Under the pieces are notes generated by a model. The model made no database searches. It was given only the letters and a program-made list of their open reading frames with translations, and was not told where the DNA came from. From Phoronis australis (Eukaryota > Animalia > Phoronida), in the NCBI GenBank assembly GCA_002633005.1, contig NMRA01000013.1:1493219-1527689 (forward strand): 34,471 nucleotides of DNA. Direction: 5' to 3'. Below, piece after piece: positions 11,826 to 23,825 of the stretch (the stretch's first letter is position 1; the number at the start of each line of letters is the position of its first letter). The position numbers and the translations under genes were made by a program.

Positions 11826-12362
11826 ACGAACATAAACCAGCCAAAGATGGAAACTAAGCTTCCAGTCAAGAAAATACTATACAAGTGAGCAAAAGAAGTA
11901 ATGTGCACATGATTATGTTGGTGAATTAGCCACAGCTGCAAATCTACTTACTCGTCGGGGGCCGCGAATTCATCGGGGTTCCGCTTTGGCCACAGAACCG
12001 TCAGGGCAGAAGTTGTACATTGACAATCGTTATTTGAATAACGTAAATGTAAATGTAAATAAAGATTCCCCTAACACCTGGCCGTAGGATAGAAATTGAG
12101 TTGTTTCACAACAGTTTCTGTCAGCAAACACTGAATTAGCATGAGCTCACACGGCCTCGGTGTCCTGACAATTAGTTTTATTGCACCTAAAGCCGGTAAC
12201 GCAGTGATTTATTCATTGCTAGCTTCTCAAATCATTTGCACTCACGAGCACTCCAAAGGCATTACAAATTGCATCTAATGAGACAGACCTTGTTTTAGTT
12301 TTATGTTGGTTAGGGTGACAATAAATCATTTTGAAACAGAACGCTGAGTAATAAATGTCAAC

Positions 12363-12537
12363 ATGGCAACTCTCAATCCCGACTTAGATGAGAGCTCATC
12401 CCGACGAAGACTTTACAGGTGGATCGTTAAGTTTCACAGGTTATCACTTTGAACCGGAATACAGTGATGAAGAAATACTAGAGAGAAGCGGTGAACAAGT
12501 TCAGACAACGGAACGTGTGGATAGTTATTTAGCCACG
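12363..12537 (+). pseudogene. Frameshifted first exon of a KolX / P2X7-ballast-like accessory gene
   Basis: CAACATGGC start. Removing one C from TCATCCCGAC gives MATLNPDLDESSSDEDFTGGSLSFTGYHFEPEYSDEEILERSGEQVQTTERVDSYLAT, followed by donor GTAAGC at 12538. An acidic N-terminus with YxFEPEY resembles P2X7-like ballast proteins (recalled, not searched). Confidence 0.55.
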
Positions 12538-13717
12538 GTAAGCTGGCATTCGTCAGGCACTGTCGACCACTGCAGGCCACAGACACGGAGATGTTTCACG
12601 GCCTTATACTTGCTATTTACAGCGTACGTTTCATTCTTCACTACTGCGAGCCACTTCCTAAGCACTTCGAACTCTCGAGGAAATCGAAAAAACGATATAC
12701 CCGCTTTCCTCGCTGCTGCTTAGTTCGGACAAGCGCACCGCAACATAGCGGCATTCACTCTGCTAATGAACCACTGACGTCGCTGCGTCGTTTCTCACCT
12801 TCCTCACAGGTTAACGCGCCACCTCTCGGCAAGGTAAGGTCGACCGTATGCGAGGCGATGTGGATATAGACCGATTAAGACGACAAAAAAGGCTAATTAA
12901 ATCGGGTGGCATTCTCCTTTAAATATGTCTTTACTGATTAGCTTAGAAATGTCAATTTTAGAAGGTGGGTTAATTAATTAATGTAACTAGCTCTGTTAAC
13001 ATTCAGGGCTCGACATTAACGGTAGTCCGACTGCCTGGGACAGCTAATTTGTAGGTCCGTACAAGCTCATGGCCGAGCAGCTTGTCCGACAGGACAATTC
13101 AATGAATCTGCAAACGTTAGTCGCACAAAACGTGCGCAACCCAATTACCTTTCTGTGACAATCAATCAGGTTTAGCGGAACCGGGACCTTGCCTTACTAT
13201 GGCGGTAAAATACCTGAATTCTCATGTCCTTTACTGAAGGAGACACAATTGTTTCCTTTGGCTCATGCGCGGAACTCATGTTGGCATGTACTGATGACTG
13301 AGACAGCGCTTGTCGAATGTATTTCATTTTCTGTAGAAGAACCAACAAAGCAGTACTTGACAGGGATATCGTGTCCGTGGCCAATCTTTCTGTGATTCCC
13401 CGTGACAGTACACGAAGCATAATCACCCTGAGCATTTATATAAGAAAAGACATGGCCCATTACATGTTTTTAATGACTTTCTCTCCAAACACCAAAATAG
13501 AAGCGCCCAACCAAAGGCAAGAGCCCAAAAAATCAACTTCTAATTAGTGCGAGTCGAACATTTTGTCCATGTTCTATGTGGTCAAAAACTTATTTTTTTG
13601 AAATTTTGATTTGCCTGATGACTTTTTACAAGATGTGTTTTTGCTTCATTATTTCGGCAGCTGACCAGTGCCCCTATTGCCTAATACTAGTATCATCCAA
13701 TTGTTGAGCAGTGCTTT

Positions 13718-13975
13718 GAACTGAAAAAGAAATATACAGTGTATATAAAATGTCACATTGTTTGAACTCAAAAAGAAATATACAATGTATATAAAATGCT
13801 ACATTGTTTGAACTGAAAAAGAAATATACAATGTATATAAAATGTTAGTTGTTTCAAGTATTCATAAGAAGACCTGTTAATCATTAGCAGGTGCTGGGTT
13901 GCCTAACCAAGTTCAAAGTATTCAGTACTGAAGAAGACCTGTCAATCATTAGCACATGCTTGGTTGCCTAAGTGT
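13718..13975. repeat. Minisatellites: about 3 x 45 bp followed by a dimer of about 65 bp
   Basis: TGAACT.AAAAAGAAATATACA.TGTATATAAAATG three times, then AAGAAGACCTGT.AATCATTAGCA..TGCT.GGTTGCCTAA twice. Confidence 0.85.
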
Positions 13976-15484
13976 CCAGCAAATCCTTACACAGTCAAGT
14001 GCTTCCCTTAAAAATACTCCGCAATCTAGCAGAGTCTTGCTTGGTCTGCCTTTTCTCTCAAGAAACTTGCCCTACTGAACACACGCCTACCTGTAGGAAT
14101 ACCTTAGTTCTAAAATACTACCAGCAGCAACCGTAAAAACCCAATCACGTTCAGAATCACGACACCACTGTATCATGTGCACAGGCCGTCGAAGTCCCTT
14201 ACTTCAATCCCCGACCTATATTTTAACCGATATGCTTGAAGTCCGACGTCAGTATATCTCCGTTCAGGTGAAATCGGTCCTCCGTGCAGTGGGCAACTAC
14301 TGCCTTTTCCAAAATTTCGATTTTAACCGCCCATGCTCGGCTTACCACCCACCCCCTGTTTTTTTAGATTCTCAATTTAAGCGCCCAGGGCGGTAACGCG
14401 GACGAGTTTGGTGTAGTTAGTTTGCTTATGGTTTCAAGTCAAGGAGTTCTGATCTTGCAACTGGTAACCAAACCAAAGGGCATGAAATCACCAAGCAACA
14501 GTGTGAAACCAATAAACGAAAACAGGAATTCCTTTCAAAATGAAAGAAAGATTTTGACTGGTTACCGTANCTGAAGGTACGTCATTGTTCGCATGTACAC
14601 GCTCATGGACTGGGCGCTTATTCCAGCAAAGTCTGAAAACGCGTGGGGGGGCGCTTATAGGGGCATGGGCGGTTATTACGGGGAATACGGTATACAATGT
14701 ATATAAAATGCTACATTGTTTGAACTCAAAAAGAAATATACAATGTATATAAAATGTTAGTTGTTTAAAGTATTCATAAGAAGACCTGTCAATCATTAGC
14801 AGGTGCTGGGTTGCCTAACCAAGTTCAAAGTATTCAGTACTGAAGAAGACCTGTCAATCATTAGCACATGCTTGGTTGCCTAAGTGTCGAGCAAATCCTT
14901 ACACAGTCAAGTGCTTCCCTTAAAAATACACCGCAATCTAGCAGAGTCTTGCTTGGTCTGCCTTTTCTCTCAAGAAACTTGCCCTACTGAACACACGCCT
15001 ACCTGTAGGAATACCTTAGTTCTAAGATACGACCAGCAGCAACCGTAAAAACCCAATCACGTTCAGAATCACGACACCACTGTATCGTGTGCGCAGGCCG
15101 TCGAAGTCCCTTACTTCAATCCCCGACCTATATTTTAACCGATATGCTTGAAGTCCGACGTCAGTATATCTCCGTTCAGGTGAAATCGGTCCTCCGTGCA
15201 GTGGGCAACTACTCCTGCCTTTTCCAAAATTTCGATTTTAACCGCCCATGCTCTGCTTACCACCCACCCCCTGTTTTTTTAGATTCTCAATTTAAGCGCC
15301 CAGGGCGGTAACACGGACGAGTTTGGTGTAGTTAGTTTGCTTATGGTTTCAAGTCAAGGAGTTCTGATCTTGCAACTGGTAACCAAACCAAAGGGCATGA
15401 AATCACCAAGCAACAGTGTGAAACCAATAAACGAAAACAGGAATTCCTTTCAAAATGAAAGAAAGATTTTGACTGGTTACCGTA
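13779..15484 (+). repeat. Near-identical direct duplication 13779-14569 / 14691-15484 across a single N
   Basis: Offset is 912-915 with a few SNPs and one 3-bp indel. Copy 1 ends at N14570. Confidence 0.95.
14571..14692. mobile_element. Right end of a pogo/Tigger-like MITE inserted at TA
   Basis: Ends GGGCGGTTATTACGGGGAATACGG|TA with GGGCGCTTAT subterminal repeats. It is absent at the equivalent TA in copy 1 (13779). Confidence 0.6.
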
Positions 15485-15650
15485 TGGTTTGATAGCAACC
15501 TGAAGTAAAATGTGTTGTGTCCCATGTGAAAAATATGGCGACGCAAACAGTTCATCTGTTGCATCTGGGTCAGATGTGTTCAGGATCGAATCTTTGAAAA
15601 GTCATGAACAATCCACGGCTCACTCAGCAGCTTATAAAAATACATTATAT
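15429..15650 (+). pseudogene. Decayed TTF-type zinc finger of a ZNF862-like hAT transposase
   Basis: Hand translation gives KRKQEFLSK*KKDFDWLPYGLIAT*SKMCCVPCEKYGDANSSSVASGSDVFRIESLKSHEQSTAH, fitting F..W...FxWL...CxxC...G..FR...L.xHE.S..H with two stops. Confidence 0.75.
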
Positions 15651-17577
15651 AACTGAATTGAAAAGCCAGGGTAAACTTGTAGCTTGTTCACTGGTGAAAT
15701 CCAAATACAAATACCCACTTTAATAAACTTGTGCAAAATTTAAATGCCATGTAATATATGCTCTTCCACATGTTTATTGAGCTTGTACTCACAGATATAA
15801 TGTGTGACATTTATATATGTTTGAAAAGTATAATTTGAGTTTAATTATCTTTGGGCAAGTGTCTTATAGGTCAGGACAAGTAAATTTCATTTCTACTTGT
15901 CGGACAAGTTAAAATATAAGTTAATGTCGAGCCCTGAACTTATGAAATCATTGGTATGTTTGGTATCAAACATTACATTTTCCAAAGCTCTTTCCACCTA
16001 CTAGTTTTTTCATGTACCACAAATGCCCAACAATTGACCATAGCCCATACTTAGTACCTGAACAAATACCCATTGAGTAACAATTCATGTAAATGTGAAC
16101 AACAGAGAGATAGTGTGTGTTGCAGTTAGCTTATTGTGTGTTTGTTTGTGTTTGGGCATTTTTGACATGTTTAGATTTTCAGTTGTGGAGAACACAGCAC
16201 TGAAGTTGTTTGTTTTCTCTTTTGCCGATCATTTTAGGTTGAATTTTAGTCACCATACTTCAATGGTGATTTTTTTTCCTGCTGCTTTTCAATGTGTCCT
16301 AACAGATTTTGATACTTCAGCACAAATGTCCAGGACATAGAAAAATTAGCAAAATCTCTGCATATCCCAGCCAACTCGTACTCAGGTCAACTTGTACCCA
16401 TGTCTACTAACATATATATTTTCTGTTTACGTTAGCACCCAGTACTGAATACTGGTTTATGTTGGCCTTGCAATTGCCACAGGTAACTTTTTGCTACATG
16501 TGGCCAAACTTGTGTTCCAAGGGGTGGTAACTACAGGTCTTCTCCAGCATGTCTGTAAACAACTGTACAAAGACAGGTCACATATCTAACTGTATCGAGG
16601 GAATTCCAAAATGTCAGGAGAATTTCATTGGCTTAAGAGTGTATAAATCTCCCGATCAGGAAAATTTGCTTACACAACTTGAAGTTTAAATTTTGATAAT
16701 ACCATAAAAATGATTTGGTTAGCAAATCAGCAAATTCTCATCTACTTAAGTACTGTCGCTTTTCTGTCTAAAAACTATCCTTTCTTAATTTTACTTGCCT
16801 ATTGGATATCAGTGCAGAGGGTAAATTTAAACAAGTCATTTTCTGTTCACCTGCCTTACCCTGAGCGTGATATAAGAGTTGTTATGATCACTGCCAAGTC
16901 GAAGCCCGTTTTGATGGAATATCCCACTTTTTATAATTTACAATTGAAACCAAGAATATGAAATTAAGCAGGCTCAACTGTGCAATAAATTTCTCCAACA
17001 TACGATCCCTTTGTTGGGTCCTGCCATCCTTAAAAACTGGATATAATTGTAGCGCCATTTTGTGTCCCAGTAAGTAATTTTAGTGCCCATTAAAGTATTG
17101 AAGCTATGGGTTGTCAGTGCAAGTTCCCAACAAGAGCTATTTTATCTAGTTAATTACTGAAATTAGCAGTGCTTTCCCACTTATTTCACACAAAAACAAT
17201 TGCTAAAATGGTCATTTTTCAAAGGCTGATTACCTTTTTGCAAACAACGGGTGTTTCGGTAAATATGTTGTTTTGTGACATCTACACTCTACCTGCTTCT
17301 AATAGACTAAAATGTTCTTCATCTTTAATAGAATTTCACTAGTCGGCCATATTGTGTGCCAAGTCAGTGAAGGGTTACCGTACCATGAAACTGCATTGAT
17401 ACAACAGAGAGACTTTTCAGTGTTTGTGCCATTTTGATCCTTTCCATCCCATCCCCATTCCTTAATTCTTTTGCAAGATCTGATCGTAGTAGTTGCCCAA
17501 TAATAGTTACGCCGTGGTCTCGTAACCGAGCAGTTGTGGACATGTGGGACCCTCATGCTTTTTGATAGTGTACACGT

Positions 17578-17654
17578 ATGAAGCTGAGACAATTATGTCC
17601 TAGTCTAAACGTTGACCAGTGTAATGGTAGTATGGATGAATTTCTAGGTAGAAG
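17578..17654 (+). CDS. CCDC77: Candidate first coding exon of CCDC77 (MKLRQLCPSLNVDQCNGSMDEFLGRR; alternative ATG at 17632)
   Basis: Strong donor AAG|GTGAGT at 17655 in phase 2, matching the phase-2 acceptor at 18696. No homology support. Confidence 0.4.
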
Positions 17655-18695
17655 GTGAGTTGGTGACAGACTGCACATTATTAAGAAAGTATTCAAAATC
17701 TGCATTTTTTGTGCAGAGTATGGTGTAGCAAGTGAAAGTCCATTTAATCAAAAATCTTCATAAAAATAAAGATAGAAAAAGTTCCTTCTGTATTAGTGTG
17801 GTAGCTTTGTTTATTTTGGACTGTGTAGATATCATATACGGTAACTATATTTTGGTAAAGTCTCAATAATTTGCAGCAAAGTAATCGGCCTTTGAAAACT
17901 AGAAACAAGTTCAGCAATTATTATTGTGCAAAATGAGTGAGAAATTGCCTGTAAAAAGATGGTCTCTTAATACACAAAATTATGCTGTCAGTCAAACATG
18001 TCTTTGAAACTCTAAGTGAATCTTATGGCTACAAATTTACTTAATTTGAAATCCATTGCTTTCTGCTGCAATATTCTCAAATGAAGTGTCAAAAAAGGGG
18101 TGACAGTAGTGAGCCTGGTATCATTAGGTTAACTTTGATATGGCGTAATACAAGCTTAAAGTATTCTGAGACATAATGACCTGGATTTCCCCGTTTACAC
18201 CATCAGAGTAGTCTCCCCTGATGACTGAGAATGAAGGGGAATTTATGGGAGAGTGGCTAAGTCATTCTGTAATTGGAACTTTGTCGGATTGATGGTTATT
18301 ACCAGTCATTTTTGCTATCAACAGAATTAGCCATCACGGCAGAGAAATGGTATTTTGTCTGATTACTTTTGTCTTGCAGTGTATGTGCAGAACAACGTTT
18401 TGAAAAATTAAATTTCTAAAACTACAACACTGCAATAACTGGGATGGGGTTAATGCTTGGAAAATTCTAATTTGGATGAAGCAAGTTTGCAGATGTACTA
18501 TGTAACTCCACTTGGTCTGTAGTGCAATGTAAGTTTTGTAAAAGTGAAGGAGTGTTAATTCGCCATACAAAAACTGGGTCTAAAGATGTTTCAGAGCCAG
18601 TTTAGAATTTGAGAGATGACACTGTCTGTGGAACTTATAATCATGAAATGTATTTGCCTGAGTTGCCCTGAACCTTGTATTGAACTGCCTTTTAG

Positions 18696-18847
18696 GAAAA
18701 CTCCGCCCAACCGGCCTCGCCGTGGCAACCTGACAATAAGTGGCAGGCAAAATGACACAGAAGACCGCCCAGTTAGTCCGATGCAAGACTACATCAACCA
18801 GGTGGCGGGAGACAGCCCCACTATCCCACCAGTCAACCAGAGGCTGG
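18696..18847 (+). CDS. CCDC77: CCDC77 exon (KTPPNRPRR...SPTIPPVNQRL)
   Basis: TTTTAG acceptor and G|GTAAGA donor. Joins 20442 in frame (G+CC=Ala). The end corresponds to vertebrate PLPSPEDRLA. Confidence 0.8.
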
Positions 18848-20441
18848 GTAAGAAGGGGTGCCCAATAGCGAAATTGCAACGCCGCCATATTGGAAATGGG
18901 TCAGAATGTTGCATTGTGGTTAAGCTGGTAAACAAGTGCGTCGGCAAGCATGGGGGCGAACCGGCCACAGGGAGGTTATACGTGTTGTGTGCCTGGCTGC
19001 TATAATACCAGTTAGCGAGATAAAGAATTTAGTTACTACCTGTTTCCCAAGGATCAAGAACATGCGTTAAACATGGGTCAGACACATCGGTAGAGTTGGT
19101 AGCAAAGGCCGACTTGGTGAATTCTCTCCGACTTTGTAGCATAAAGTATGCAGTGCTCATTTTGAGGGCAGCAAGAAAACGTATCTTGGAAACTGCCCAA
19201 CAATATTTCCCTTGAAAGAAACAGAAACAAATACTCCACGGCGGATGGTAGTGAAATAAAACTTGTTTTCGCTTGACCACTTAATTTATCAAGCTTGAAA
19301 TATCTTCACTGGCGCAATAAATAGAGCTGAAAGAAACCAAAATCTTGCTGGAAGTGGTACAGACATTTTAGTGCTATTGAATTTCCTGCACAAACTACGT
19401 TCTCGTGTGCAAATAAGCCATGAGCTGTGTTTTTGGTCGCCATTCACTAAGAAAATGGGTTTCGCTCAGCGGTGTAATCCACTTGAGATAGACAGGTTTA
19501 ACTGTGTTACAGACTACCAATCTTATTCAGCTTGCACAGCAATGGGTACTTAGTGACAACGTTTTCCAATGTTGAAAAAGTTGATTGGCTCAATAAGGTT
19601 TTTCAAATTTTTTTTGAGAAGTCTGGTTCACTTTACTCATCAGTCAACTTTTTCAAGCTAACCAAGCAGTGATTAGTGAAGGAGCAAAGCAATTCAACCT
19701 TGAAGAAAAACATCAAATGACGCGGCGTTCCATTAAGCTTGCCCTAGCTTGGTCAAATTTAGCCGAGTCTCCGATTGTATGATAGGCAATTTGTTTTAGT
19801 TAATAAAGCATCTCCAAAGTGATGAGTTGTTTGACAACTTATTGAATGTCTTGGTTTTGTCGATGGCAGAGAAATCTTAACAGTTTGGTTAATGTTATGT
19901 GTGACCTTATCGGCCAGTCTGCGTCTAAAAAGCTGTTAGATCTTTATAACAATTTCTGATATACGATGTTTCTGATATACGATGTTCCTGTTCCGCAGTT
20001 AGCCTAATATTGACATTTAGTGAAAAGTGGCAGGTGTGTTCCTATTGAGGAAAGCATTTCTCACTTGCTTTGCACCCCCTGGAGACTATTTTAAGTTAAA
20101 CATTGCTTTGTTTAGTGGAAATGTTTAAAATAAGAGATCATGTCTTGTATGTGTGCTGGTCGCAATGCACAGAGTGGGTGCATATCAACACCAGGTTCAC
20201 TAGTGTTCATGGTATTACGGTTCGTATGTGTGGTGCACTTGTTCATGCGTGTGATTCAATTGTTCGTGTGTGGGATTCACAGACTCGTGCACACGATTGT
20301 CTGGAACTCTAATATAAACAGTTCCATTAATTCATCTTATAATTTGTGTTTCTCGACGCCTTTTACTGAATACGTGGATATCTTATTGCACTGTTTTTAA
20401 TGCATTTGTTTTGATTTGTATCGATTACTATTTGTGTATAG

Positions 20442-20563
20442 CCTATCTGCGACCATCGCGTGAACTGTTGGAATACTACAGGAAGAAGATAGCTGAGTAC
20501 GACACAGATCATGAGGAAATGTCCAAAAAACTGGAACTGTACAAGTCCACATGTGAAGAGCAG
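20442..20563 (+). CDS. CCDC77: CCDC77 exon (AYLRPSRELLEYYRKKIAEYDTDHEEMSKKLELYKSTCEEQ)
   Basis: AG/GT bounded. Matches the recalled CCDC77 segment LHPSKELLEYYQKKMAE...KKLELYKEACEGQ. Confidence 0.92.
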
Positions 20564-20576
20564 GTACTGTTTTACG

Positions 20577-20801
20577 CATAATATAAGGACATGGTCTTAT
20601 AGTATAGCATGATCTTATATTTGAATATCAACACATTGCCTTTCAGTAGAGTAAGAGTTTATATTTGAATATAATGACATGTCCTTATAGTAGAGTAAGA
20701 GCTTGTATTTGAATATAACGACATGTCCTTATAGTAGAGTAAGAGCTTGTATTTGAATATAATGACATGTCCTTATAGTAGAGTAAGAGCTTGTATTTGA
20801 A
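20577..20801. repeat. 44-bp minisatellite running into an assembly gap
   Basis: Unit TATTTGAATATAAYGACATGTCCTTATAGTAGAGTAAGAGCTTG, about 5 copies, with copies at 20706 and 20750. Confidence 0.9.
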
Positions 20802-20898
20802 NNNNNNNNNNNNNNNNNNNNNNNNNNNNNNNNNNNNNNNNNNNNNNNNNNNNNNNNNNNNNNNNNNNNNNNNNNNNNNNNNNNNNNNNNNNNNNNNN

Positions 20899-21226
20899 CG
20901 AATTAAAGTGTATAATTGTCTATATCCTGACAATATATGTAATTGAGAGTGTTCACAGTGTCCAAAATGAATTAGGCATACCCAAAACTATAACATTTGA
21001 CCCCAAGATCGCTAAAATCGGTTGGGTAGATACTGATTTACAAGGAAAATCATTATCACGAACACTGGACGGCGGCCATCTTGAAAAATGGCCGCCATCT
21101 TGGATTTTCAGGTGGCTAGTCGGACAGATTTCTTAAGTATGCTATTATGAGTCATCATGGTAAATTTGGTGCTTGTATCATCATTTGCACAATTCTGGTA
21201 TCTATTTGCACTTATCTGCCCAGCTA
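20899..21226. mobile_element. Probable end of a non-autonomous DNA transposon (TAG/CTA terminus, Academ-like)
   Basis: GCCATCTTG doublet around AAAATGGCCGCC and a terminus CTTATCTGCCCAGCTA. The partner end is not visible. Confidence 0.35.
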
Positions 21227-22033
21227 ATGGTAATCTTAATTGTAATAAGGGTGTGAACAGCACACTGTTGCCATGCAAGATATTTAAATAAAAAAGACGA
21301 ATAAGACATTACAAACATAAGATTTAAATGTTCCAAGTGTTGCATGTGCTTCCTTTGTCAGGGATGTTAGGTAAACTTTGACCAGGTTGAGAGGGGGAAA
21401 TAGGCATATTGGGCCTATATTGCAGTACATAGGGGGTTATAGGCAAACTTTCCTTGTGTTTTGTTGTCCCAGTCTCATAACATTTTTCTTAAGCACTGTT
21501 GACACGACGCAATCCTCAGAGCATTGAGATTTTGTTAGTTTGCATTGTCCATATTTGTCTTTTTATCCTTTTTATTCTCATACAGTTTTTTATAAGAAAG
21601 AATCATTTTTGTAGTGCCAAAGGCACTATATACTTACAGATTTTCAGTGACACAAATTGAATGCCAACTGCAGCATAAAACTTATGTCAACATTCACTAC
21701 GTTTATTTTGTCTTTTCATTTTCACGGTTAATTTTTGTTTTAATTGCAAGCAGACGTACTTCTGCTGTGAACTAACCTGAGACAAGGAAAATTTCGCTCA
21801 ACTTTTTTGAAATTCGTCATGTTTAAAATGCCCAGCTTGCTGTTCCATAGGTTCACTAAATCATCCCTTGGATTTTAGGCTGTGTGGTTCCGTTGACCCA
21901 TATTCATGTTTTTCTAAAATCATCCCTGTAATAAGAATAACGAAAGGAAGGAATCCAAGTTAACTTCCCGTTGCTTACTAGAGAACAGATTATGAGGTCA
22001 TGTCACTAATACTGTGAACTATTGATTTGTTAG

Positions 22034-22213
<180 letters not shown>

Positions 22214-23129
22214 TAGCCACTTAGCAACACTGACTTCATCTAATTCTGGTGCTTGTTTATCAAAGTCAGTTTTATGCCTTCCAGTCTAAAATGATCGTTT
22301 TATGACATGGTTTCTATGATGCAGGGTAGTTTTCATTTGTCTTACTGTTTTGCTGTGACACAAACGTAAATTGTCCAGCTGCCAACCTTTAGCGTTCAGC
22401 TGTGGAGTAGTTGGCATGACCCAAAATTGAAATAAACTAGATCCCTGAGGTGAAAAGTCTACGATTTTGTAAAAAATTTGCCCAGCTGGTGTTTTTATGT
22501 TTAAATAGAATTAGAAACGCTCTGCCTGCTCATTAACGACCCACCACTTAGTGCAAACAGACACGATTGGACACTTCCAATTTTTTGCTACATGATTCCG
22601 ACTTCTGCCTGTTTACTTGCCTCATTATTTTGAGTGAGTGCTGGGATTTGGCGTAGCGACTTTTACCAAGTGTGGGATTTTACCATGTTGCTGAACAAAA
22701 AAACATGAGGTTGCATTGGCAATCTGCAGGCCCTCAATTTGAGCCATGTGGTATCATCCACTAGGCTGAGATGGTTGTTGGCTCAGGATTGGGGAATTTC
22801 ATGAGTGATGCGTCGCACGTCCGTTGGTACTTTTTAACTTTGCCAACATCTGCACTGCCACCCCTAGTACAACAATAACTCTTTGTTGGCATTGGAAGGT
22901 GGGATGTAATTAAAGTCACGTACAAATGTAGACTAGCGGTACACCAGCAAATAAAATCCTATGGCATGAAAATGAGGCTGGAAACCTAGTTACCTGTGGT
23001 AGCCATTGTTGGTTTTCGAGGAGCGCAGATGCGTTTCAGAATGTAGTCGTTATGTCAATTTGCATGTTAGAAATACTTGATTCACGTGACAGACTGAATT
23101 GGTAGTCATGACAACCATTTATTTTTCAG

Positions 23130-23236
23130 TGCGAGGCAAGCAAACAGCGACGAGTGCAAAGTCTAAAACTGCAGAGGATAAGGAAAATGAGCAACGTGAT
23201 AGTGAAGCATTGTCACTTCAAATCGATGCGCTACAG
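23130..23236 (+). CDS. CCDC77: CCDC77 exon (RGKQTATS...QRDSEALSLQIDALQ)
   Basis: TTTTTCAG acceptor in phase 1 and CAG|GTGCGT donor. Corresponds to QRDIQTLILQVEALQ. Confidence 0.88.
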
Positions 23237-23749
23237 GTGCGTGATTCTAAGGGCAGGAAGTTGACGAAAAAATCTGTCAGTGTCGCTGTGCCACCGCGGC
23301 AGCCCGGAAGAATTGAAAGGATTCTTGAGAGGCTACGTCTGAAAGCTTTATGGGATGTTGTCTTCAGTATTAGTTCATCTTTGTATTTCTAGTTCGTTGA
23401 GGATGTCTTTGTCATATTAATTTGTTCTCTTGTTATTAATACCATGTTTTACTAACACTTGTATTTTACTAACCCTATTGGCGACTGCAATGCTGACTCA
23501 TGTCTGTGGTCAGTTTATAATATTTGTTGACTGTTGTACCCAACAAGCACCGACACAAACGCTGATCACAGACTTACTGGTTATGCAAGAATGGCCGTTT
23601 TAGTCCGTTGGTCTTATTTTATTAGTTATTTGATTTTAAAATACACTTCTGGACCGTGTTACCACGTTGCACATGATAATACATATGCAACTGGGCCATG
23701 GTCTTATGCAGAATAGACTTAGAAGATAAAAGTTATAAGTATTTATAAA

Positions 23750-23825
23750 CCTGAAAAGATTGCTGCCTCGACCTTGACTCGAACACGGGACCATCGGTCA
23801 AACACAGAAATCCAATCAGACACTT
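23750..23825 (-). mobile_element. Possible tRNA-derived SINE head fragment
   Basis: The minus strand reads GGTCCCGTGTTCGAGTC, a B-box/T-loop motif at 23776-23784. No intact A-box or cloverleaf. Confidence 0.3.

Larger units (their letters stand above)
11262..12918. mobile_element. Non-autonomous Kolobok-type DNA transposon, 1657 bp
   Basis: TTAA on both sides (11258-11261 and 12919-12922). 15-bp TIRs AGGAGCATGCCACCC / GGGTGGCATTCTCCT match at 14/15. AGG termini with a TTAA target fit Kolobok rather than piggyBac (CCC). Confidence 0.85.
13004..15936 (+). mobile_element. Degenerate hAT-superfamily DNA transposon
   Basis: Perfect 17-bp TIRs CAGGGCTCGACATTAAC / GTTAATGTCGAGCCCTG, subterminal GGACAA/CTTGTC repeats at both ends and an internal TTF zinc-finger remnant. 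No 8-bp TSD is recognisable. Confidence 0.8.

Noticed and set aside
11944-12030. U1 snRNA-like start TACTTAC..GGGGG with CAGGGC and CATTG downstream
   Set aside because: Spacing is wrong, and there is no U1-70K loop or Sm site. TACTTAC is simply the complement of a minus-strand donor.
13865-13960. CTGAAGAAGACCTG...CAGGT, resembling a hammerhead first core and stem II
   Set aside because: No GAAA or cleavage triplet follows, and the two halves are intact in different repeat copies.
20577-20801. Regular repeats here and at 13718-13850 considered as CRISPR arrays
   Set aside because: Units are head-to-tail with no unique spacers, there are no cas genes, and the context is eukaryotic.
23750-23825. 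tRNA gene
   Set aside because: Only a B-box-like motif is present, with no acceptor stem or D arm; kept as a possible SINE fragment.
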